Positions 28,147 through 39,800 of a DNA stretch of 64,000 nucleotides are shown here, piece after piece. The stretch comes from Trichoplax sp. H2 (Eukaryota). The stretch's first letter is position 1, and every line of letters begins with the position of its first letter. The stretch covers positions 1 through 64,000 of the forward strand of contig NOWV01000028.1 in NCBI GenBank assembly GCA_003344405.1, in the 5' to 3' direction. The notes under the pieces are model-generated. The model saw only the letters and a list, made by a program, of their open reading frames with translations, made no database searches and was not told the origin of the DNA. The position numbers were made by a program, and so were the translations under genes.

Positions 28147-31100
28147 ATGATGAGAGCTATTACTTCTTCCATATTAGCTGCCTTAATTATCGCGCAGGTA
28201 AGTTTCAATAGTGAAATAATTCATAATCAGGTCTAGCTAGTTTAGCAGAAAGAATAAAGAAAATTATTTAGAAAATGAGAATCATTTAGTTACCGAATAA
28301 AACTTCCACTTCTAACATCAAGTGTATAATAACAAAATTAAGTTAATGTATATCATATATCAATCTGATAAGGTTGCAGTACTATCGTCAGCTTCAGAGC
28401 TCGATCGCTTAACGAGGGCTGTGAACATGATTAAAGCTTATTCCGCTGGATCATTAACTACTTGTGCTGCAGTCGGTAATAATGCTCCTTTCTGTGGTGT
28501 TTCTTATCCTGTACCTGAGTATGCCCAGCGCGACGCTAAAGCTCTTGATCGAGCCGCTCAAACAATCGTAAATGGGATCAAAAATAGCCCGTCTGTGTCT
28601 GCTTCTCAGGCCTGCCTTCGAGATATTAAAGGTCTGTATTGCAACATTATGTTTCCAAGATGTGATCGAGTGCGTAACGAAATTAGCTTTAACACTTCGA
28701 ATTGCATCAATGCTGATGAAAAATGTCCTCAATCTATCCGTGATAATATTAAAAAAGGCCATTTATGTGACTATATACCCCGCGGGAAATTTTACCTCAA
28801 CGATTGCATTAAACCTCCAAGTTACAGCTATAAAACATGCCCAAATGCACCTAATGCTGTTCTTATACCTAAATTTCTGGTAGCCGAACCCGTACTTCAA
28901 GATAATGGTGCGACGGCACTTAAAAAATTCTTGAAATCTAAAAAAGTAAGCGATGCCTGCATTAATACAGCCATGCAGTTGGAATGTGGCGTAATACCAT
29001 TTTGTTCACCTAATAAGACTTTACTCCTAACCACATTAACACAAAGCGTTTGTAAGAACTTCATAAATTGGTAAGTTTAATGGATATTTTTAATTTGTAA
29101 ATTAATAAAATATAATAATAAAGGTGCAAAATATGTTTCTGTACTATAAATTATACTTGTAAGGCAAGTTTATTTCTTGCATCTAATTGTAATATATATG
29201 AAGTACGGCAGCATTAGGAATACAGCAGTTTATTTACAAGCGTCTATCTTACGTTATATAATTAAGGCAATGCAGTCATTAATCTTTCTTTCGAGTAATT
29301 TTTCGCATGTAACTGTTTGCTAAAAATGTTCATTTACTGTAATGACTGATTTCAGTTAATCATTATAGTCATTTGAATAACGTTGGATAACGATTAATTA
29401 GAGTAATTCATGCTGTAGCATCTCACGCCCTACAATTTTGGACTTTCAATATAATTATTATCCTCATTAATGATGTTAGGAATTTAATACTAATAGAAAA
29501 ATGTTAAATTAAGGAGAATGATATACATGTTTCTCAGATATACTCAAATCGTGTTGTCGTATGACTAATGATTTGGAAGTACAGATTACACTAACAGAAG
29601 CATCATATAATATCTTACAATCTCAGGCTATCGATGCTATTCTCGTTCTCTCTAGTGACCATCTAGTTTCCATTATCATTTAACGTCATGACGATTCAAT
29701 ATTTCTCCTATTTTGCTCGTGCTCGTTTTTAATTCTTACTCACTATAGATTGCTAGTAGCGCAAAGTATCGTAGATGTTCAAGTATGTAACCCCGTATAT
29801 CGCAGAATTCTATATTTCCATACGCTCATCATGGTTTCAAATGGCACACTGATGTTACTGTTCTTCGAAAAGTATAAAAAGTGTCAAGTATCTAAATGAT
29901 GGATTAGTTATTGCTATTTATAGATGATACAGTAATCGGTTCTATATGATAAGATAATATTGTACTGTCATCTTTCTAAGTAAGGTTGTTGCTCTAGAAG
30001 AATATAACAGTTTTATACGCTGGATTCAGATTAACCAACATTACGATAACAAATAGCACTTCATCATAATTTGAAGCTATCCTTTTAATCTTAACTATAG
30101 TGCCGAATTGACGTAGTCTTCTAGATATTTCTGACCAAATTTACAGATAATTTAGACTGCTACTCTCCACAATGCTAGTATAGTTTAAAACTGGTATAGA
30201 AAGATAATGATTAAGCGTCTGCAGTTATCTTTATTCCAGTTCATTGTTATCAGATTCAATCTAAAGCTATTAATTTTAATTCTAGTTTAAAAGCTTTCGA
30301 TATTTACTTGTTATATGAGTAGTAAAGTGTTTATTCTAATGGATAGTCATCGGTCTTTCTCTAAATATTAATTTTAATGTCAATATGTATCGCTCTTCCT
30401 CGACAGTTATTAACTTAATTTCGTTACGGTATAGAATAGAAAAGATCGACGCTGCACTCATGCATAGGCTTAGAAAGTTAGACATTTCACCATCGCAGTT
30501 TATTACATGCCGGCATGTTCATTCACATAAGAATGGAAATTTAATTTTTTATCATTGCTATCACTACCAATTTGAGTGAAAGGTGTTGCTTCGATCATGC
30601 AACGTATGTATATTAGATATGAAGTCAAATTAATACTTTAAGAAATATCTAGATTCAGATCATTTCATCATTTTCCTTATTCTAAGCTAATTCGCATTCC
30701 AGTACGTCTGTGTATCAGTAATAAGTGCAGTGTAAATATAAGTTTTGACCGACCTACGGAATGAATTCGACTTATCATAGTGTAAGACAGTGTAATATTG
30801 TATTCTAAATTGAGGATATATTTAGTAATGTCCATCGTAGATATTGTGTTCAATATGTGATAGATATTCTCGTTAGCGGCTTAAGTATTAAATATAGCTA
30901 GCTTAGTAACTGTAATCCTTTTGAAGAGGAGCACTACAGAGCTCTCACTAGAGCTTCACATGAAAGGTGTAAACTATCCTGTATTTGAGATGCTAATACT
31001 GAAGTGTGTAGTAAGTAAGGTGCTAAGACTGTAAACGCGGAAAAGTATATAAGCAAATAGTTTAGTATAATAAGATAGTTCTTTATCGTTAGAGGTCCTC

Positions 31101-31445
31101 AGCTAATCAATTACGTTGTATCTTCGTAAACGAGGCTTTGTTCTATAAATCTTAATTTTCTAAAGTTTTGAAGATTCTTGATCTATCTACCTCACACGTA
31201 GCCTAAGATTTGAACATCATTTTTATTCATTATGCTATTAATTTAGTTTACCAGCGCAGGTGCAAGTGACTATTAAAGCATCATTGAACTGCAGTATCTA
31301 CCCTAGTGAAAGTACCGGTTCTTACGTCCTCTTACCACAGAATCAAGTTTATATTGCTGATGCTTATGCTAATCGTCCGAATACTGTCATCGTAGCATCT
31401 ATTTTGGCATTAATGTTTCTTATTAACATTTTTATAACATTTTAA
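28147..31445 (+). CDS. Secreted/GPI-anchored double Frizzled-like CRD protein, paralog E
   Basis: Exons 28147-28197 (MMRAITSSILAALIIAQ), 28373-29070 (LYCNIMFPRC, LECGVIPFCS) and 31247-31445 (LPAQVQ...LNCSIYP...hydrophobic tail), the last after a ~2.2 kb intron. Confidence 0.85.
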
Positions 31446-32495
31446 TATAAATCTAATCGATGTAAAACCGAGTTACCTAGATAATAATCTAAGACATTTA
31501 ACTATATAAGCTCAGATTTCTGATTACCCTAATCTTAATTTTGTCATGTGTTCATGGCTCTTACTTGTCAAGCGGCTTGCTTTAAGAAAATTTTGCTACC
31601 TTCAGCTAAAGCTACTTTTAATAGCATTATAGCTACTGAAGTAATTGTCTTAACACCAGTGTTGAAAGCCTAGCCCAGCATGCAAGTGCTGAATCAAAAT
31701 ATTAGCCGATATATCCGTACTCCCTATAATAATAAACTTGCTCTTGTCAGTTTATCGGTATTCAGTTACAAAAGTTATAAAATTGAAATGTATGATTTTC
31801 GATTGTTATCATATATCGTATTTATTCTGAAGGTTTATGCACATTATGTGAGACTAATAATTAGAGTATAATATTTTAAATAGTTGTCTTTACATCTTAA
31901 GACATACAACGCGTGCTCTATTGATATCTTAGTAAAGGTTAAAAGATTACTTAAATTTTCAAGCGATCCAATACTACCTTAATTAAGGCTAAAAATATTA
32001 TTATATGTTTCAGTTTCATAGTAGCTTTACTCTTTAGACGTAAAAGTAAACATATTGCATGAGAGTATAACAGTTTATGATCATAAAAAATGCAAAAAAA
32101 TAAAAATCTCCATCATTTTATTACTCTTCAATATTGAAGTTAAGAATATTCATAGATGTTTAAAATGAATGATTCATTCTGTAAATCTATTATATACCTC
32201 TATGAGTTGATACAACATTGTTACTATTAAAGTACTATTAGAATTATTAAAATTATACCGTAGTCAATGAATGGCATTGTAACTATTTTGCTTAGTAATC
32301 GACCCGATATAGTCAAGTTTAAAACAGTGTGTGTGCGGAATGATTTCATCTCTCATAAATATTTTATGCTAGTACATTGTAACGAAGTCTCTTGGCATAA
32401 ACGCGGTCTAGCTAGATAAAAATTTATTTAGAGTCTATGTTTTAGTAGAACTGTAACGGTAAACAATTTATACAGATCTAGAGATGCAAGAACTT

Positions 32496-32580
32496 ACTAA
32501 GAGAAATAACGAAGCTACTTATATACTCTCCTTGATGTAAACAAGTAGAGTATATAAGCAGCTTCGTTATTTCTCTTAGT
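32496..32580. repeat. Near-perfect inverted repeat (34-bp arms)
   Basis: actaagagaaataacgaagctacttatatactct (32496-32529) and its reverse complement (32547-32580) with one mismatch. An inner cttg/caag pairing closes a 7-nt loop. Confidence 0.9.
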
Positions 32581-33805
32581 CAATATTGCTTATTATCCAC
32601 CAGGCTTTAGAATGAAAATAAAATGCTATGATTACTATAATTTTCTGCAAAACTGAGATTAGCATATTTATATCATAAAAACACAATACATTCTCATTAT
32701 GATAATCTATGCTTGGCCACATCGCCATGCTAATTTTACATTGAATTTGATACTTTTCTCTTTTACAAACATTTAGAACTCTATGGCATAATTCCTTAAT
32801 AATTTCTTATTGAAGCAAGAAACGATTAAAACAGTTAGAAAGGCTAATACTGATAAAAGTAAATAAAATTTTTTCCTAAAAAGTTCAATTTAGGAGTATA
32901 ACGGATTCAATATTAGTAAGTCCTATCATTTATAAGCAACGGGGACTAATTGATCCTAATCTCTTTAATTTTCACTTTGGCCACATCAAGATCCTGATGA
33001 TCATTCAAATTACGAATTTATGCAAGACAGATTACATTAATTAAAGTAAAGATTATTCTCTTTGTATCAAGTCATCAAGAACTTTTCTGTTATTAAAATG
33101 CTCTTGCGGCAAGATCTTAATACATGACAGTTGAATAGTTGCAATATTAATAGCTATTATTCAATGCTATAGCTCTCCTATGCAATTGGCAATGAAGGCC
33201 ATCATGATCTACACCGTAATCATGGCTGATTTTACAATTTTTATTATATCCAACTTGCTAGCCATAACAATTTAACTTTAAGCTCCCCGAGCACCTTAGC
33301 AATGTTACGGCCACAATTTATTGAAACTGGATTGCTTTTTAATTTCACAAAGTTCTCAATTACATATGTGCGATATAGCTGATGGTTTATGACCCAGATA
33401 GAGAAAAAATTTTGTTCAATAAGTATTACTCGTTGTGCTATAATGTACAAACTCCTTGTTTTTAATGTAGAATAATAGTTGCTAGTCATAGTTTTAAATT
33501 TCCTTGTTAGAAACCTTGACCTGCAACGCAAGCTCCAAATAAATAGTATCAAAATTATTCATCCAGCCCTTGTGGATGATTGTAGGAATATAGTGGACAA
33601 AATTTTCTATGTAAGAAAGTGTATTTATTTAATATCTTTTAACAGATCTTTACTTTCATGACATTTTTGTTACAAATATTGTATTAGTTTTAATCAATTT
33701 TTGTAGTATTGCAAAGCAGTAATGAAAATTAATAATAGCAAACTTAACTAAAGATTGATTGTAACGATTTAACCTACGAAACAATAGTAACCTATAGAAG
33801 AAATA

Positions 33806-36800
33806 TTATTGACATCTAGGAAGGGAAATATTTGGATCAACAGCATCATCTGATAACTGTACTATCTTGCCATTTACTTCTACGTTTACCATACAGCCAA
33901 TGAAATTATCATTACTAGTATAGTCTATATTATTTTCTGGAACACCACCTGCAATATTTTAAAATGTAAAGAATTAACACTAGTATTAGGTTAGTTATAA
34001 CAGAGCGAAGTTATCAGTCTTAACCAATGTTTACAAATTTACATAGTATTTTCATTTCTTAAACAAATATTAGCCTAGTTTAATATAGAAGACGTTCAAT
34101 ATACTGTATACCTAGAATGTACAACAACTGAAATCTTTTGCTTCAGTTAACGATATGGAAAATTAATTACTTTACATTATCTATAAATATCTTAAGTTAA
34201 AATATTAGCCGGATTTCCAATCATATTTAACTAAATGGGTAAGACTTACTTAAATATTACGTATACACCTCACCTAGATAGAAATAGCTTGCGACATTCA
34301 ATTCTTGTTGAAATTGAAGCGATATTGCAGATGTCTCCAAATGGTCGACATACAGAAGAGCATTTGTTAGATTTCGGTTAATGTAAACAGTATGCCATTG
34401 ATTATCATCAACTCTTAAAGTTAATATTGTAGAGGAAGTCGCACCACCACCTAAATTATATCTAGAAATGGAACATGATCAAAATGCAATATCTACAATG
34501 CTACAATATTAATTGCAATTTCGAAAAATCTCCAACGTGTCGATATTAATCGTAATTTGCTAGAAAGTGGCTTTAGATTTAATTTCGACAAGAATGTATA
34601 GGCCATGCCGTAAATTAATTCTGTTAACACTGATAATGTAAATACCTGATTTTAAAATAGCCAGCTTCAACAGCTGCCGACATATAATCCGATCTCAATC
34701 GAGGATCCTACCGATTCGAACATAAAGCAGTTTAATATCGTAGCCTATATTTTAAATATGGTACCTATCGGTGAATTTTGGAAGATATCAGGGCTTACAT
34801 TATCGTTTCCGAGCCAAAACAGGACTGCTGTTGATTTCCTTGTCTTGAAAGTTAAGCGCAAAGAATTTTGACGGAATGCACGTAATCTTAAAAATATACT
34901 AGATGTCACTATTTCATTTAATGCAGCACATTTCAGGTTTCAAACCCTACATACTAGATCTTTAGTTCTTCAAGATCATAAATACAGGCTGGAAACTTAC
35001 AACTACGTACAGTTATACAAATTTGACAAGTAATCCTTAAAACTATTAATATAGAGCTTTATCACTGCAGCCAACACTTAAGTATCGATGAGTAATTGTT
35101 ATCATAATTGAAAAATTTACCCACGATTGACATCCGATAAGTAACGAACTGCTTTTGATCCACTAAACGATACTGGTGGTTCATAGCCTATGAAAAAATT
35201 TAGTGATAAAGTATGCCACGAGATTTCATCGATCAGCTAATACTTTTGTAAATGCGTATATCTTATGCTAACCTGGACATGACTTGGTATTAACTGATTC
35301 AGTAGCCATAAGTTGCAAATTGACAACAAAACCATCAATTACGAAATTTTTTAGACAACCACGATAGTTTTCTAGATACTTATTGGATGTTGTAGTAGCT
35401 ATGTTCGGTGTGCCCCCTATGAGTTAAATAGTTAATCATTTATATAAATTTTGTACTAGCACTTATTCCGATAGTTAAACTAACTATAGCAACACTATAA
35501 TGTAGCTTCCTAGCGATACAATATGTCATAACACTAAGATTTCCATAGTGATCCATCATCAACACGATAATTTCGCTTAATTCTCTATTATAGATTTACC
35601 AATAAGAATATTGCCGTCTACATTGAGGACGGAAGCTCCCTCTCTTGGGTTCGATTTTTGTGATGCACCATCGACAGTTAAAGTTCCTGAAGATCCATTT
35701 CGCTCAATCTTGACTTTATGCCAATAGCCATCGGTAACGATGACATCGACGACAATTTCGATTTTCCCAGAACCAACATTGAATCTGAAGAATGATGAGA
35801 TAATAATTACTGCCACTAAAGGAGTAATACGAAATAGAACAGGATGAGAACTGAATCGAAGATTTATTGGGTAGATGTCTTACCTTAATTGCACTCTGTT
35901 ATTAACAATGGCTACCCCAAGATAGTCTCTATTAGGGTTAGGCTGTCGGATGCGTTGCATTCGCATAAAATCAATTAATAAAATAAAACGAATATTCTTA
36001 GTGAAGCTTACGTCGTGATAATATCAACTAAATCACGTTCATTACTAGCCCTCTTTGATATTACAAACGCTATGAACTTAAATTTCGTAATAGGGTAGAA
36101 ACAACCATATACCGTGTGATTTACCTGAGATTGGCCTAACCATAACAGCAATCCGTTATGATATCCACGTACAAGAAATTCGTAACGGTTTGATGAAAAC
36201 GAGTTTTTCCTATTGCCCGAAATCAGAAACATTATATCTTTAAAGATTTCAAATCTGCAATATTGTCTTTTGGAGTTACAGATTTGCTAATTCGTGAGAA
36301 ATATCTAACACTTTAATAAATTTAAATTCTAAGGAATTTTCTAATATTAGCATATTAAATTATGAGGAAATGGGCATTCGTCCCCGAATCAACTATAAAT
36401 CTAACTATGTTGCCTAACTTTTCAGTGACAGCGCTTAATAAGGTAATGTACGATGTTGGCGTAAACCAATAAGCTGGACCAAATTCGGCGTTTTCTATTA
36501 TGTTCATTAAATAGTACACAAGTTAGCTACATAAAGCGTGTGAAAAGTTCTTCTACTGCTTAATGATATAGAGTAGATACTAACGTTGGCATGTATAAAG
36601 TCGCTGCCTGATTTGGATATCTCGTTGCATGTTAAGTGAAACTCCACTCAGTTTAACTTCTTTTACACAACCCTCATAGAATGAATAATACAAGTTTGAT
36701 GTTTTGGCTGCTATATTTTCCACGCCGCCTGTAAAATTGTTGATACGATTTGCAATAATAAAAATAATATCAGTGTCTTACGGCAATTTCTTTAATATTA

Positions 36801-39800
36801 TACGATCATGCAATGATTTCATTAGTCACAGAAATCATGAATCTCTCTAATTAGTAAAGAAAAGATTGAGCCAATTTAGCGAACAAGACTAGCATTAATG
36901 TAATTCCCTCAGCTACAAAAATTTTCTTAGCCATCCTATAGTCTGCTTTATCCTGAAATTATTTAAACAACAAAGTCTACCTAAATACAGATAATCTGCA
37001 GCATTGAGCTCCGTTGCTGATGGGTTTGCAAAACCAGTGATGGATCGTCCATCTACCGTTAAATTACCATATCGGCTCTGTCGGTCCACTAAAACCTTGT
37101 GCCATTTGTCATCATTAACCTGCTGCCAGCCACCAGTGAGAGTTTTTGTTCCACTTCCTAAGTTATAACTTGAATCGAAGATATTATATATGTTTAAGCT
37201 AATGTTGTATTGGTGCGAGTATTATAGTACTATTGCTGATAATAATATCAACTTCGCAGCACTACAGAAAATCATTTCGTCATGATCTAGGTAGATCTCT
37301 ATCTTACTTCAACTCCACGAATTTATTACGAATTCCGACGCTTATGAAATCGCCAGGCTTCTATATAAAAGCACAAAAATAAAAATCAGTTTTCATTCCA
37401 AGATGTGTTTAGCAGTTGTATTAACTACAATCTAAGCGTGCAATAAAGTGTCCTTTGACAACTTAATGTATATTTGCATATTGCCTATTCAAATTATTAC
37501 GATACTAAATCTACTGTTTAAGAATAGAAAATGAAAGATGCATCATAGTCGTAGACGAACGCTAAATTCAAAGCAAGTTGAAGTAGAATTTTTGCATGAC
37601 TTAGCCTTAGGTGTATATCGATAATTACTTGCAATGCATGATAGCTGCATACAATATAATTTTATATGGTAGAAGAAGGGAATTATAGCAATTGGATAAG
37701 AGTAATCAAGAATCCTCGCATGTTTGCTGTCGTATTCTTGTAATTTAAATGATTTTTGTAATCTTATCTATATTTTATCGTAATAAGGGATCAATGATCT
37801 ACCTGATTTCCGTGCCATAAAATCAGACCATTTGAGGATAGTGTTTTAAAAGATAACTGGAATGATTGTATACTGGATACCGTCAATCTGGAAACAAGTA
37901 ATCGGCGTTAGTATATTGTATGACATAGACATAATTTAAAAGCTGTCTGTAATGCATTGGCAATTTGGTAAGATAGAACTACAGAAATAAATATATGTCA
38001 CTATACGACTATAATTGCTATTACCTGTTATCGACATTATTTAAATAGGGATAAGCAGATCTGCCATCAAATGCAAGGGAAGGACCTGTGACTTCAAATG
38101 CTTTGCGATAGTATAAAAAAATACGAAATCAGACATACTTCAGCAGATATGGTATCTTAAAACTTACAGCTACAAATTGAAAAAATTTTCGTCACATTCC
38201 ATCGTTAGAAATAATAAGGTCTATTACCTTCGCATGTGGTGTGTTGTTGCGGAACTTTTAGGTCAGTAACAATATTGACTTTATGATGTTGTATCTGAAT
38301 ATTTCGAATGCAACCAACATAATTATAGCGGTAGAGATTCCAATTTTTCTTTGGAGTAGTATTTAGCCCACCTATTGACAATTTAATAATGGTAAACTGC
38401 TAAGGTATTTGAATCAAGTAATCAATTCGAGACCTTACTAATATTAGTTATGCATATTGTAGAAACATGTTCAATTATTTATATAATAATAGATTAAAAT
38501 AAAATTCTTGTAGTACCTAAATTTAAATTTAAGTATTTCAAGTCAACATTAACTGGTCAAATTAAGTTCTTTAGATAAAGGATAGTATAGTATATCCGAT
38601 ATTGAATACAATAAATATCTACCTAAGAATAGATCGCCATCAACCGCTATTTGTGGACTTCCAGTTGATACCGTAATCGAACGAAATTCTGTATCTACAG
38701 TTAAATTTGCCTGTCGGCCGATTCGGTAAGCTTTAATAGTATGCCAGTTTCCATCGTTGATGCGGACCGTGCTGGTTATATGGTTATCTTGCGTGCCCAA
38801 GTTAAATCTAATGTAAAATAAAAGAGCATTGCCTAATGATGCAGAGATCTTGAGTTTGTATAGGATTATCTCCAACTATAAAATAGTAACTAGTCAACAG
38901 ATGAGATTAGTACGCAAGGAAAGAAATTTTATGGACTATTCTCTAATGGCGAAAGTACTTTGTAGTAACAAATGTTAGTGCTTTACTTAGAGGAAATCGA
39001 GCTGATCAATACATGAATTATACGAGATACATAAATTTAGAAATACACATGGATGAAATGTTTATCGGTTTATATTCAACAGATCTATCCTTTCATAGAT
39101 ACTGGTACCTTAAATATCTGTTGGTGGTTACGTACTAGTAATTTATAGCCGAAAAGGCCACTAGTTTAGTGGATAGCCTCAATTTATCGTTATTATGCAT
39201 AACTAAGAGAATTTTTAAAAATAGTCTTAGGGCAATCTATGGTTTTCAGATCAATTCAAGGCAGTAACTTCCGTACTAAAGTTTGGCACTATTTACGGGA
39301 TTATGGCATAAGAAGCCGTTGATGTCTTTGGAATTGTGCTTTTAGTAAAATAATTTTCATTAACTGTGAATTTAATTTCTAAATATTAGCAACAAGCACA
39401 AAAATGATATTGGTTTGTTAAACACAATTTTATAGCTACTAAGATATCGTACATATTAAACTCTAAAATAAAAACTATATCCAAATCATTTTTTCTAATC
39501 TTGAATGTAGTATAGCTATCCATGTTGTCGAATTAATTACCTTAATTGGATATTTCCATTCGTAACGGCTAAAGCGATGAAAGGTCTCCGCTGATTTTGG
39601 GACTACATCGAGTCAATCGATAGTTTAATTAACCCGCATGAATTATTATAGAGCTTTACTCCCATAACAGGCAAAAGAAATGCCTACATTCGATTTTATG
39701 ATATGAAATGTAGAAGTTTAATTCTTACGTAGTTCCTTGGGCCGCTCCAGAGAATAAGACCATGAAGATTGAATGTTTTAAGTTGTAATTCAATTGTGTT

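Noticed and set aside
28454..28883. Overlapping alternative-frame and antisense ORFs within paralog E (likewise at 4459-4840, 43224, 43977, 57058)
   Set aside because: Shadows of real exons in other frames.
33244..33661. Short ORFs downstream of the agrin-like stop
   Set aside because: No motif or splice support; probably 3'UTR or intergenic.
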